DNA of 64,000 nt from Nitrospirota bacterium (GCA_963836175.1 CAWIIS010000004.1:47480-111479), one strand, 5' to 3'; positions 10,934 to 21,488 are shown, counted from the stretch's first letter. The notes: generated by a model not told the origin, from the letters alone. Translations and numbers: made by a program.

Positions 10934-11100
10934 ACCGGGTCAGGGGGAGATAACAGATTATCAGCTCGAGGAAGTGATACGAGACGCAGAGGTTTGCAAT
11001 GGGTGGCGGATAAAGAACAAAAAGACACGGCAAGAAACGTGTAGTTTCTCGCCGCAAGACAACTTTTTTCGCTTTGCCGATGCCTTAGCCGCTTATGCTC

Positions 11101-11782
11101 CTAATCCTTAAAGAAACCTTTCCTCGGTTTCGGCTCCGGAGACGAAAAAAAACCTCTCTTCGGCTTCGGCTCCTCTTTTTGCTCGGGCTTTTGTTCCAGT
11201 TTCTGCTCAATTTTCTGCTCGATTTTTTGCTCGGCTTTCAGTTCGGGTTTTCGTTCCAACACGGGCATCCGTGCCGCTTCGCCGCCGGCACGAGTGACCT
11301 TGCCTTCCATTTTCGCCCCCTTTTGTATGCAGAGCGTCTCCTTGTAGAAGATCTCCCCCGTGCCTTTCGCGGCGGACCCGAGCTCCACGTCGTTGCTCTC
11401 AAGGCTGCCGGTAAACTCGCCGTTTATGTGGATCCTGTCCTTTGCCTGGATCTTGTTGCCGAGGAACTTGCCGGTCACCTTCACGTACCCTCCGGCGCTG
11501 ATATTCCCGCCGCTCATTTCGCCTTCGATCTCGACGCTGCCGCCCTTGGCATCGATGTTCCCCTTGTACGTGCCTTTGATGAAGATGCTTGCATTGTTCT
11601 CGGCAGTGATGTTCACCCTCGATGTCGCCGTTCATCTGCAGGTCCTGGCTGACGACCATGTTGCCGGTAATTTTGCTTCCCTTGAATATCGTGTTAATTC
11701 CCTGCTCCACGGTTTTGTCCGCGCTTGCAACGACATTCTTCTCTGCTACCCTGACCTCGATCATCTCTTCCTGTTTCAGCAT
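11101..11782 (-). pseudogene. bactofilin family cytoskeletal protein, frameshifted near 11616
   Basis: N-terminal MLKQEEMIEV...MNGDIEG (track ORF 11399-11830) continues as NITAENNASIFIKG...beta-helix repeats in ORF 11101-11616; KxEQK-repeat charged tail. Confidence 0.6.
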
Positions 11783-12340
11783 TTTTTTACCCTCCGAGAT
11801 CTGAATTTGACGGCTCCGCCGCCATATCATGCAAACTTTTGTCGCATATGAATTCTGTCTCTTCTTTCATGATGAGAATAGAACAATATGAGATAACAAT
11901 ATGTGACCGAGATCACCTATGGCCGAAAATGTTATTTGTCAGGCTCGACCGTCGCCAGGGCAGACCCCGGATGGTCTCTGCAATGACGGCAGGCAGAATC
12001 GTCTTATCTCAAAGCCATTGGGGATTTTTGTTTTCCTGGGCCGGGGAGGTGAAGACAGGATACTCTTGAGAAAAAGGACTAAATGTCAAGTTGCTTACTT
12101 CTGCAGCCTCGGTTGATTTGAATCACCAATCTGAAGCGAAGATCACTTTTATTTTTGTCCGCCGCAAGAGAACGCAGAGAGCACAAAGAAGGAGGAAGCC
12201 GCAGTGGATCCTGCCTGCAAGTAAATTTGAATAGACGTTTCTTCTTAGCAGCGCCGCTTCCGGCTGATTCGCGATCATCGCATGCTGCGCTCCTGCTAAA
12301 GGATTAGTTAGAAACGCAATTCTTTCGTGGGGCAGAATCT

Positions 12341-12460
12341 TCACTGTTCCGCGCGTGGTACACTTAAAGCAAGGATCGTTGCCCCGATTTCCAGGTCCGC
12401 ATCATGGAGTACCTCGGACTGGTCACTCCCGGTCTCATCGTGATCAACGATACCACGATA
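12341..12460. repeat. internally deleted paralogous remnant of the lipoprotein gene region at 16895-17576
   Basis: 12341-12374 matches 16895-16929 and 12386-12455 matches 17505-17576 (about 85-90% identity), i.e. both ends of the other locus juxtaposed. Confidence 0.6.
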
Positions 12461-12592
12461 GCAGCAGACCGCGTTCAAATCCTTTGCGCTGTGCGTCACG
12501 CGGAGTGCCGAGTGCAAAAGGAGATAGGACGGCCCGGTGTGCGGCATGCGCGTGCTTTCTGATTGCCGGTTCCATGGTTATGCAGGAGAACA

Positions 12593-14923
12593 ATGAAATT
12601 TTCCGAACTTGTCGACATCAGCAAATTGCGTGAGCTCTGTGAAAGCTTCACTTCCATTACGGGGGCGGGGACCGCCATGCTCGACCTTGAAGGGAATATC
12701 CTTACAGCCACCGGATGGCAGGAGATCTGCACCCGTTTTCACCGGGTCCACCCCGCAACGGCGAGGTGCTGCCGGGAAAGTGATACTGTCCTTGCCGGTA
12801 GTTTGGAGAAAGGAGAGCGCTACAAAGTTTACAAGTGCCGGAACGGTCTGATCGATGTCGCCGTGCCCATTATCATCAGCGGCAAGAAAGTCGCCAACTT
12901 CTTTACGGGCCAGTTTTTCTTTGAACCGCCGGATAAGGAATACTTTATCCGGCAGGCGGAAGAATTCGGTTTTGACAAAGAATCGTATATTGAAGCGCTG
13001 AACAGGGTCCCGATTTTTTCTGAGGACAAAATAAGCTCGATAATAAAGTTTTTTGCCATCCTGGCCCAATTGATCGGGGAACTGGGACTTGCCGCGAAGG
13101 ACCTGGAGGAGGCCAACGCGGAACTACGCAACCATCAGGAGAGCCTCGAAGAACTGGTCAGGGAACGGACGGCAGAGCTTTCAAGGATAAACACGGAATT
13201 GCAGGCGGAAGTTTCCGAGCGCAGGCGGGCGGAAGAGGACATGCGGGAATCTGAAAATCGTTACCGCACGCTGTTCAATGCGATTGACGAAGGCTTCTGT
13301 ATCATCGAAGTGATTTTTGACGAAAACGAAAAGCCGATCGACTATCGCTTTCTGGAGATCAATCCGTCGTTTGAGAAACAAACGGGACTCGCCGATGCGC
13401 TGGGTAAAAGAATGCGCGAGCTTGTCCCGATGCACGAAGAACATTGGTTTGAGACTTACGGGAAAATCGCGCTGTCCGGACAACCGGCCCGCTTTCAGAA
13501 TCGCGCCGAACAGCTGCATCGCTGGTATGACGTTTACGCATTTCGTTTCGGCCAACCGGAAAACCGGCAAGTCGCCATTCTTTTTAACGACATCACCGAG
13601 CGCAAGCTCCTGGATCAGGAGATTGCGCATATGGCGCAGCACGACGCCCTGACCGGGCTTCCGAACCGTCGGCTGTTCATCGACATTCTGCAGGTCGAGC
13701 TGGCAGAGGCCCGGCGCCGAAGAACGAAACTTGCGGTCCTGTTTCTCGACCTCGACCACTTCAAGGAGATCAACGATACGCTCGGCCACGAGGCCGGGGA
13801 CAATCTGCTGAAGGAGGTCGCCGAGCGCTTCCGGGGAACGATCCGCGAATCCGACACAGCCGCCCGGATCGGCGGGGACGAATTCAACATGGTCCTGGCC
13901 GATATCAACCATATCGAGGACGTGAGCGACATTGCGGCCAAGATCGTCGATTCCCTCAGGAAGCCGATCGTCGTCGGCGGGCATGAACTGCACGTTACAA
14001 CGAGCGTCGGGATCAGCATGTACCCGGACGACAGCGACGATAGTGAAACGCTGCTCCGCTATGCGGACATCGCCATGTACCACGCAAAGGAAAGCGGCAG
14101 GAATACGTTCCGTTTTTATAACCCCTCGATCAACGTGAAGTCCATCGAGCGGATGAGGCTGGCAGGCTGGCTGCGCCAGACGATCCGCCGCGGGGAGCTC
14201 TCGGTCCTCTATCAGCCCCAGATCGACATCAGATCGAAAAAAATATTCTACGCCGAGGCGCTGGTCCGGTGGAACCACCCGCACAGAGGGCTTCTTGAGC
14301 CGAAAGACTTCATGCCGCTTGCCGAGGAGACCGGATTCATCACGTCGATAGACGAGTGGGTACTCAGGACGGCATGCACGCAGGCCAGGGGCTGGAAGGA
14401 CACAGGTCTTGATTCCGTTTGCGTTACCGTGAACCTTTCCTCCCGCCAGTTCCAAAGCGCGAAACTGGTGAATATGATATCGACAATTCTTAAGGAAACC
14501 AGGATGCCTCCGAATTGTCTCGATCTGGAAGTGACCGAAAGCACCGCAATGAGCGATGTCGAGCAAAGCGCCTCGCAGCTCCGGGAACTGCGGGAGATCG
14601 GAGTGCATATTTCGATCGATGACTTCGGGACCGGCTATTCGTCGCTCAACTATCTCAAGAAACTGCCGATCGAGCGTCTCAAAATAGATAAATCGTTCAT
14701 TCGCGACATCGTGACGGACCAGGATGATCGGGCGATCATCGGTGCGATTACCTGCATGGCGCACAAGATGGGAATCAAGACCGTTGCCGAGGGAGTGGAG
14801 ACCGAGGAGCAGCTCGCCTTTCTGCGCGATTCGGAATGCGACGAGGCGCAGGGATTTCTGTTCAGCAGGCCGGTGCCGGCGGAGGAGTTCAGGGAGCTGG
14901 TGGAGGCGGGGAACCGCATATAA
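12593..14923 (+). CDS. PocR-sensor / PAS / GGDEF / EAL signalling protein
   Basis: ATG 12593 after AGGAGA; N-terminal Cys-containing PocR-like domain, PAS, GGDEF (RIGGDEF), EAL (EALVRW...DDFGTGYSS). Confidence 0.8.
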   Translation: MKFSELVDISKLRELCESFTSITGAGTAMLDLEGNILTATGWQEICTRFHRVHPATARCCRESDTVLAGSLEKGERYKVYKCRNGLIDVAVPIIISGKKVANFFTGQFFFEPPDKEYFIRQAEEFGFDKESYIEALNRVPIFSEDKISSIIKFFAILAQLIGELGLAAKDLEEANAELRNHQESLEELVRERTAELSRINTELQAEVSERRRAEEDMRESENRYRTLFNAIDEGFCIIEVIFDENEKPIDYRFLEINPSFEKQTGLADALGKRMRELVPMHEEHWFETYGKIALSGQPARFQNRAEQLHRWYDVYAFRFGQPENRQVAILFNDITERKLLDQEIAHMAQHDALTGLPNRRLFIDILQVELAEARRRRTKLAVLFLDLDHFKEINDTLGHEAGDNLLKEVAERFRGTIRESDTAARIGGDEFNMVLADINHIEDVSDIAAKIVDSLRKPIVVGGHELHVTTSVGISMYPDDSDDSETLLRYADIAMYHAKESGRNTFRFYNPSINVKSIERMRLAGWLRQTIRRGELSVLYQPQIDIRSKKIFYAEALVRWNHPHRGLLEPKDFMPLAEETGFITSIDEWVLRTACTQARGWKDTGLDSVCVTVNLSSRQFQSAKLVNMISTILKETRMPPNCLDLEVTESTAMSDVEQSASQLRELREIGVHISIDDFGTGYSSLNYLKKLPIERLKIDKSFIRDIVTDQDDRAIIGAITCMAHKMGIKTVAEGVETEEQLAFLRDSECDEAQGFLFSRPVPAEEFRELVEAGNRI

Positions 14924-15134
14924 GGAGTAAGAGCTTCCGCAAGCAGGGGCTCGACTGACGCTGATTCTATGAATGCTTTCAACAGACCGGCATGAACGTG
15001 ACCCCGCTCCGGATAATGCTGCGTGACCAGGGTCTTGAAAAAACCGAGGCCGGGTTCGATCTGGTCCTCATTCCCGCGCTATAGTTGATCCAGGACGCGA
15101 TCTGTGCGATGTGTGGGTATCGGAGGAAAGGCTT

Positions 15135-15944
15135 ATGAAACGGGACCTTGGTATTCTGCTTATATTTTTATTCGCCTTTGCAATTTCATGCCAGACCGTT
15201 CCCATTACCGGACGGGAACAGCTCTCTTTTGTTCCGGCGAGCCAGATTCTTCCCCTGAGCTTCAATCAGTACAAGGACTTTCTTGCCAAACACGAGGTCG
15301 TTGAACAGGGAGAGCAGGCGGAGATGGTGAAGCGCGCGGGTCTGCGGATCCAGCAGGCCGTGGAGCGGTATCTTTCCGAGCACAACATGGCGTCCCGTTT
15401 AAAAGGGTATGAGTGGGAATTCCACCTCGTGGCGGACAAGGAGGTAAACGCCTGGTGCATGCCCGGCGGAAAGGTGGTGGTCTACACGGGGCTCCTGCCT
15501 GTTGCCGGGGATGAAAACGGGCTCGCGGTGGTGATGGGGCACGAGATCGCCCATGCTGTTGCGAACCACGGGGGAGAGCGCATGAGCCAGGGTCTTCTGG
15601 TGGAAATGGGCGGTCTTACCCTTGATGCGGCGCTTTCGCAGAATTCCGGGAAGACGAATGATCTTTTCCTTGCTGCCTACGGACTGGGTACACAGGTGGG
15701 TGTCCTGCTCCCGTACGGCAGAGTGCAGGAATCCGAGGCCGATCATCTGGGGCTCATCTTCATGGCAATGGCAGGCTATGACCCGCGGGGCGCCGTGGCG
15801 TTCTGGGAGCGGATGATGGCGTCCAAGGGCGGCAAAGCGCCGCCGGAACTTTTAAGCACCCATCCCGCTGATGCAAAAAGGATCGAGAATATCAAGGGGC
15901 TCCTGCCCGAGGCGCTTGGATATTACAAGCCGGGAGCACCATAG
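15135..15944 (+). CDS. M48-family zinc metallopeptidase lipoprotein (BepA/LoiP-like)
   Basis: GGAGGAAAGG RBS; lipoprotein signal FAISC; HEIAH zinc motif and downstream E. Confidence 0.75.
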   Translation: MKRDLGILLIFLFAFAISCQTVPITGREQLSFVPASQILPLSFNQYKDFLAKHEVVEQGEQAEMVKRAGLRIQQAVERYLSEHNMASRLKGYEWEFHLVADKEVNAWCMPGGKVVVYTGLLPVAGDENGLAVVMGHEIAHAVANHGGERMSQGLLVEMGGLTLDAALSQNSGKTNDLFLAAYGLGTQVGVLLPYGRVQESEADHLGLIFMAMAGYDPRGAVAFWERMMASKGGKAPPELLSTHPADAKRIENIKGLLPEALGYYKPGAP

Positions 15945-16088
15945 GCCGGAAGGCATCTGGGGATGCGCTGAAAACCCGGGAAAGAAATTTAAATGGGAAA
16001 TACTGGAAGATTTTGTTGAAAAATTATAATAATATTGATCAAGTTGGTTTTTCTTGATTCGAAAACGGAAAATGATAGAATTGCGTTT

Positions 16089-16613
16089 ATGGAAACAACC
16101 GGTACACATGAGTCACCGCACCAGCCGGAGGAAATGCCCGCTGTAGAGTATCTCAAGACCGCGAGAGCCCATCTCCGGAGCGGCCGGCGCAAGGAAGCTT
16201 ACCGCATCCTGCTCCAGGCCAGCGCGATCTACCCAAGCCAACCCCTCATCCTCTCCTATTGCGGCTGGCTCCAGGCCGTTGTGGACAAGAAGTACAAAAG
16301 CGGCCTGGCCGCCTGCAGGAAGGCCTTTGTCCTGTTCAAGACCTCCGATCCCGAGCTCGCGGCAAGAGTCTACCCCATCATCTTCCTCAACCTCGGCAGG
16401 ACCTTCCTGGCCACGGGCAGGAAGAAGGATGCTGTCGAGAACTTCCAAAAGGGGCTGCAGTATGACAGGGGAAATGCGGAGCTTAAAAAGGAACTGCAGC
16501 TCCTCGGCACACGCAAAAATCCTCCTATCGCCTTTTTCTCCCGCTCCAACATCCTCAATCTGATCATTGGCAAATTGTTTCACGCAAAACCGCTGAGCAG
16601 GCAAGCCCGCTGA
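16089..16613 (+). CDS. hypothetical TPR-like protein
   Basis: ORF 16035-16613; TPR-like helical repeats; antisense ORF 16113-16670 looks non-coding. Confidence 0.35.
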   Translation: METTGTHESPHQPEEMPAVEYLKTARAHLRSGRRKEAYRILLQASAIYPSQPLILSYCGWLQAVVDKKYKSGLAACRKAFVLFKTSDPELAARVYPIIFLNLGRTFLATGRKKDAVENFQKGLQYDRGNAELKKELQLLGTRKNPPIAFFSRSNILNLIIGKLFHAKPLSRQAR

Positions 16614-16830
16614 TTTCACCACGCCAACTGCAAACCCTAACCCGGACAAGCCGGAACCAAAATTCGCCACGAAGACTCGAAGTCGCGAAGAAAAACGAAA
16701 ATTGCTTAAGATACTGTTTTAATAATTGGATTAAGGCCGTACTTTGTGTCTTCGTGCCTCACCGTGGTCTGTGACCATCGTGGCAAAATATTCTTGCCGT
16801 TTTGAGTAGAATTTGATTCGTAACTAACTA

Positions 16831-16862
16831 AGGCCTCCCGGCATCCGGGAGGCCTTCTTTTG
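16831..16862 (+). terminator. rho-independent terminator
   Basis: AGGCCTCCCGG-catc-CGGGAGGCCT hairpin followed by TCTTTT. Confidence 0.55.
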
Positions 16863-16974
16863 GCCAGGAGGCAGCGGACGGAGCTTTGCTCACTTCACCT
16901 TCCCGCGCGTGGTACACTTACAGTAAGAATAGTTGATGCTCTGTTATCGAGAACGGCCCCCCAGGAGGCAGAAA

Positions 16975-17625
16975 ATGAAGATTCCGGTCGTCGTACTGTT
17001 GGTCGCAACGTTGATGTTCGCAGCGTGCGGTGATAGAAACAGTTCACCGCCTGTCATTGTCACCCAGATATTAAGCGACGTAACGTACGACGGAGACATC
17101 GCCCGGGACCCCGTGTCGGGGGCGTACACAGTGACGCAGGCTTTAGACACGCAAAGCGTATTCGCCGGCATTGACCCCGCGACAAACGTGGAATACCGTG
17201 CTTTCCTGGACTTTTATCTCGGCGGGCCGGGCGGCGTTCCGCTTGATGCTGCCATTGCTTCAGCGACCCTCGATATCTTCATCGACGACATCCTTCCCAA
17301 CCCGCTGATCGGAACGATCCCGATCCGCATCGACCTCGTTTATTTCCAGCCTCCAAATCTTCGGGATACGGACTTCGACCCTTCGGTGCTGCGCGCGCTG
17401 GCTAGCCTCACCATACAACCGCCGATCTCGGAGGCTGACTTCGGCAACCACGTTCCGGTGGACGTTACTTTCCTTATGAGGGAGGCGCAGCGACTGGGGC
17501 TGCCGGATTTCCAGGTCCGCATCATGAGGACCTTCGGATCGGATTCCGGTCTCATCGTGATCAACGATACCATGGGACCGAACCGGGACCTCCTGGCGCC
17601 GTTGCTGGAGGTGAGGTATTATTGA
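16975..17625 (+). CDS. hypothetical lipoprotein
   Basis: RBS AGGAGG; MKIPVVVLLVATLMFAACG lipobox; has a decayed partial copy at 12341-12460. Confidence 0.5.
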   Translation: MKIPVVVLLVATLMFAACGDRNSSPPVIVTQILSDVTYDGDIARDPVSGAYTVTQALDTQSVFAGIDPATNVEYRAFLDFYLGGPGGVPLDAAIASATLDIFIDDILPNPLIGTIPIRIDLVYFQPPNLRDTDFDPSVLRALASLTIQPPISEADFGNHVPVDVTFLMREAQRLGLPDFQVRIMRTFGSDSGLIVINDTMGPNRDLLAPLLEVRYY

Positions 17626-17701
17626 TCCATTCGTAAATCGAGATTGCCGCGTCGCTCCACCCCATCAGAGCTGCAAACTATCTTCTCCAAAGGAGCGTGC
17701 C

Positions 17702-19549
17702 ATGATATCTCCCGAAGCAAAGGCGCTCGCGGCCCAGTGCCGCCACTATGCGATGTGTAAGATCGATTTTCTCGGAACAGGGCTCTGCCCGGCCGGATCC
17801 ACGCGCCACTACGTCGCCTATTATCCCCAGGGCAGGATGGACATCTGTCACGCCCTGGCGAACGATCTCATCCCTGTTACGGAAGGGCTCGTCGACATCG
17901 CAGGGAGCTGCACGCTCTGCGGCATCTGCGACCGCCAGTGTCACTTTGTTACGGAGATGCGGCCTCTGCGCGTCATGCGGGAGCTTAAGGAGCACGTCGA
18001 AGCCTATGTGAAGGCCGGGAACAAGGTCGAGAAAGCCCCGGAAAGCGAGCTTCTCCTGCGGCTCCGGGAGATCGTGGGCGAAGAGTGGGCAACGAGCGAC
18101 CCCGCCATCCTTGCCAGTTACTCCCACGATCCCTGTCCAGTGTCATCCGTGAAGGTGCCGCGCTGTGTGGTCCTGCCGAACTCGACGGACGAGGTGGCCC
18201 GGATCGTCCGTCTCTGCAACGATCAGGGGGTGGCCTACGCGGTCCGGGGCAACGGGTCGAGCGTCATGGGGTTTGTCCTGAGCGAAGGGGTCGTGATCGA
18301 CATGACCCGGATGAAGTCCATTGAAGTAGATCGCGAGAACTGGAGCGCCGCGATCGGGCCCGGGGTGGCTGCCTTCGAACTCCAGCAAGAGGCGTTTCAA
18401 CACAACATGCGGACGAATGTGGCCGAGCCAGCCGCGCTCGTGGCAGCGAACATCATGTGTTCCGGCATTTTCTCCACGTTCTCCCATGCCTACGGAACCG
18501 CGGCGGACAACTACATCGACGCGGAGTTCGTAGACCCGCAGGGGAATGTCTTTAACCTGAGCGAACGGGGCGCGCCGAACCTCTTCGGTTTCACGAAAAC
18601 CGAGTACATGCCCTCGCCGGGGATCTGCACCCGGCTGACCGTGAAGCTCCATCCCAGGACCGCGGACGAGGAAGGCGTCATGGTCCCCTTCCCGGACTTC
18701 GATGGCGCCCTGTCTTTTGCCCGGGAGCTCGGCATGAGGCGGATCGGGGCCGCCGTTGCGGTCCTCGGCGGGGAATATCTCTCCACGTTCCTGTCGCCGT
18801 CCAAAGACCTGGCGGACCGGCTGAAGGATTTTTTTACGGCCACGCTCGGGATCCAATACGCGGTCTTCGTCGTGGGCGACCAATACGCTCTCGACGCGGT
18901 CAAAAAGATGAAGACGCCGGTCATCGACAACCGCCTGCTGCGCATGTTCATGCTCGGGCTTCCCCGACTTGCAGGCGGCGAATGGTCCGACTTCCTCAAG
19001 GGCTTCGAAGGGGACCGCCCGCTCTACGAACTGCTCCTCCGGGAAGAGCTCTATCCCCTCATCGAGGCCGTGCTTTCGCCCTCCGCCCAGACCCTCGCCT
19101 CGGCAGTTGACGAGGACCTCCGCGACTTCTATACCCGGCTCTATACACGGCCAGAGATGACCGACATGGTCTGGATCAACATGTTCCGGATCATCAGCTC
19201 CCGCATGGGAAGGAGCAAACACGTTGTTGCCTTCATCGTCTACGTCCCCCTGGACCGGCCAGAAGCGGTCAAGGAGATCATCTCCGATTTCCGGCGGATC
19301 GCCGATAGCCGGGGCATCAAGAACGACTTCGGGTTCATCACCCCCCTTGACCTCGGAAAGCGGGGCGTCCTGGAATACGACTATTACATCGACCACACAA
19401 ACCCCCGGGAGATCGAAGCCGCGCAAGGGGCGATGGCCGAGGCCGGAGCGATGATCGAGGAGCACTCGCGAAAAACCAGGGGGGTGAGGGGCATCCGGCA
19501 CACGTTCAATCAGGGATTCAGCAGGAGCGAGTATCTCCTGTACTCATGA
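17702..19549 (+). CDS. FAD-linked oxidase (PCMH-type FAD-binding domain) with N-terminal Cys-rich putative Fe-S segment
   Basis: 615 aa; CxxCxxCxxxC motif near N-terminus; FAD-binding signature RCVVLPNSTDEVARIVRLCNDQGVAYAVRGNGSS. Confidence 0.7.
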   Translation: MISPEAKALAAQCRHYAMCKIDFLGTGLCPAGSTRHYVAYYPQGRMDICHALANDLIPVTEGLVDIAGSCTLCGICDRQCHFVTEMRPLRVMRELKEHVEAYVKAGNKVEKAPESELLLRLREIVGEEWATSDPAILASYSHDPCPVSSVKVPRCVVLPNSTDEVARIVRLCNDQGVAYAVRGNGSSVMGFVLSEGVVIDMTRMKSIEVDRENWSAAIGPGVAAFELQQEAFQHNMRTNVAEPAALVAANIMCSGIFSTFSHAYGTAADNYIDAEFVDPQGNVFNLSERGAPNLFGFTKTEYMPSPGICTRLTVKLHPRTADEEGVMVPFPDFDGALSFARELGMRRIGAAVAVLGGEYLSTFLSPSKDLADRLKDFFTATLGIQYAVFVVGDQYALDAVKKMKTPVIDNRLLRMFMLGLPRLAGGEWSDFLKGFEGDRPLYELLLREELYPLIEAVLSPSAQTLASAVDEDLRDFYTRLYTRPEMTDMVWINMFRIISSRMGRSKHVVAFIVYVPLDRPEAVKEIISDFRRIADSRGIKNDFGFITPLDLGKRGVLEYDYYIDHTNPREIEAAQGAMAEAGAMIEEHSRKTRGVRGIRHTFNQGFSRSEYLLYS

Positions 19550-20772
19550 GACGGACCGCTGAGGACATAGCAGGCAGGCGAACGGCGCGGGAGACGACCT
19601 TTCTTGTCACGGGCGGGACCGGTTTCATCGGGAGCCATATCGCCGCCAACCTGCTGGAGCAGGGGCATGCCGTCGTGCTCCTCTGCCGGGGGGCAGGCAA
19701 ACTCACAGCCCCAGAGCGGGTGGAGCGCGTTCTGGACTGGTTCGGCCGTGGCAAGGCGAAACAGGCGCGGCTCGATGTCGTCGAAGGGTCCCTTGAGAAA
19801 CCGGACCTCGGACTCGACCGGGAGCGCTATGATGCCCTCGCCAGAAAGACGGATGAGCTCATCCACTGCGCGGCCTCCACATCCTTCTCGGAACGGAAGC
19901 GGCCCGAGGCCGAGGCAGCGAACATCGAGGGCGCGAAAAACGTCCTCGCCCTGGCAGCCCGGGGCGAATGCGCATTTTTCCATCACGTGAGCACGGCCTA
20001 TGTCGCGGGAGACCGCACAGGCGAGTGCGCAGAGGAATTCGTCGAGACCACCCGCTTCCTGAACGTGTACGAGGAGACGAAGCACCGGACGGAACGGCTC
20101 GTCCTTGACGCGTGCCAAGACGCGGGCATCAGGCTGAACATATACCGGCCGTCGATCATCCACGGCGATTCGAGGACCGGCCGGAGCCTCCGGTTCAACG
20201 GCCTCTACTATCCCCTGAAATCCCTCGTGTTCCTCAAGGACCTCTACGACCGGGACCTGCGGGAAAACAACGGAGAAAAAGCCCGGGCCATGGGGGTGAC
20301 AAGGGTGAACGGCAGCCTGCACATGCCGATCAGGATCGAGAAGTCCGGGGACGGTTCCCTCAACCTCATCCCGGTCGATCATTTCGTTCAGGCCTTTACG
20401 GCGATCATGGAGGACTGCCTGGAAGGGGACATCTTCCATATCGTGAGCAAAAGGCCGAAAACGATCGAAGATCTCATCGAATTTTCAGGGCAATACTTCG
20501 GCGTCGAAGGAATACGCGCCGCAAGTCCGGAGGAGTTCGGGAGGAAGCCCAGGAGCGGTCTGGAATCGCTCTTTGGCGGATACATTTCCCTGTACCTCCC
20601 CTATATGAACGACAAGAGGACGTTTGTGAACAGAAAGGCCGCGGCCATCCTTCGGAAACGCTCCATTTCCTGTCCGGACTTCGACTATCAGGCCCTTTCC
20701 CGCTGCATGAGCTACGCATTGTCGGTCGATTGGGGAAAGAAGCTCTACACCGTGATCTCCCGCACAAAGTGA
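19546..20772 (+). CDS. fatty acyl-CoA reductase-like SDR (NAD_binding_4 / thioester-reductase family)
   Basis: TGGTGFIGSHI Rossmann motif, YxxxK catalytic pair (YEETK); ATGA overlap with upstream oxidase gene. Confidence 0.7.
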   Translation: MRRTAEDIAGRRTARETTFLVTGGTGFIGSHIAANLLEQGHAVVLLCRGAGKLTAPERVERVLDWFGRGKAKQARLDVVEGSLEKPDLGLDRERYDALARKTDELIHCAASTSFSERKRPEAEAANIEGAKNVLALAARGECAFFHHVSTAYVAGDRTGECAEEFVETTRFLNVYEETKHRTERLVLDACQDAGIRLNIYRPSIIHGDSRTGRSLRFNGLYYPLKSLVFLKDLYDRDLRENNGEKARAMGVTRVNGSLHMPIRIEKSGDGSLNLIPVDHFVQAFTAIMEDCLEGDIFHIVSKRPKTIEDLIEFSGQYFGVEGIRAASPEEFGRKPRSGLESLFGGYISLYLPYMNDKRTFVNRKAAAILRKRSISCPDFDYQALSRCMSYALSVDWGKKLYTVISRTK

Positions 20773-21176
20773 TAGGCGATCGGGTAGCCGTTCCAGCTGA
20801 GGGGGATCATCTCCGTCTCGGCCGTGAACGTCTTGCCGTTCTTTCGTACGGCGGTAAAGCGGAACGTAACGGGCCTGCTCAGGGTCGCAATATGCGTCTG
20901 GAAGTTCGATGCAACCAGATCCCGGTCCTGCGGCGCAACAAAGCCTTCCAGAAAATTCGGTACCCTGCTCCACTGCTCTACAGTCATGCCGAACATGTCG
21001 GCCAGCCGCTTGTTGCATACCTTATGGTTGTCGTCCAGATACAGATAGACCCCGTCAGGACTATGCAAAAATACCGGAGTCAACTGTTTCAAAAGCGCGG
21101 TCAGTATCTGTTCATGCTCTTTGTCCGTCCGTTTACGGGCGACATCATTATCCACTCTCACTGATTTCATTGCCAT
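20745..21176 (-). CDS. hypothetical protein (PAS-like fold possible)
   Basis: GGAGGTGG RBS then ATGGCAATG; convergent with 19546-20772 with short overlap. Confidence 0.4.
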   Translation of the reverse strand: MAMKSVRVDNDVARKRTDKEHEQILTALLKQLTPVFLHSPDGVYLYLDDNHKVCNKRLADMFGMTVEQWSRVPNFLEGFVAPQDRDLVASNFQTHIATLSRPVTFRFTAVRKNGKTFTAETEMIPLSWNGYPIAYHFVREITV

Positions 21177-21488
21177 GGATACCACCTCCCTGCACCCGAC
21201 AGGCGCTCGTGAGCGCCTGATCAGGCCGATCTCGATCAAAATGTTCTGCTTTAATTATATCTCTTTCGCTCTGGTCGGGATAAGCATGCGTACTTAAGGA
21301 TGAGATGAGAGCATCAAGGTCGGCCCATCTCTCCAGTTGAAAAAACCGCTTGAGCCTGATATCATCAATTCGTTCATAGCCCCAGAATGAAGTGAAGGAT
21401 CTGAAGCAGTTGTAAAACCGAGATTCTTCGCTACGCTCAGAGTGACCAATAGTTGGTATTTCGATTTTTTCAAGGAAAGGGATGCGCT

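Noticed and set aside
11150-11260. Short tandem repeats that could be mistaken for a CRISPR-like array
   Set aside because: They encode the KxEQK-repeat tail of bactofilin (8-12-nt units, no spacers). No CRISPR array is present anywhere in the window.
13181-14764. 527-aa minus-strand ORF
   Set aside because: Antisense to the GGDEF-EAL gene, which has textbook motifs. High-GC shadow ORF.
18143-19501. 452-aa minus-strand ORF
   Set aside because: Antisense to the FAD-oxidase gene.
20112-21164. 350-aa plus-strand ORF spanning two convergent genes
   Set aside because: Arg/Pro/Gly-rich, and overlaps the 3' ends of two well-supported genes.
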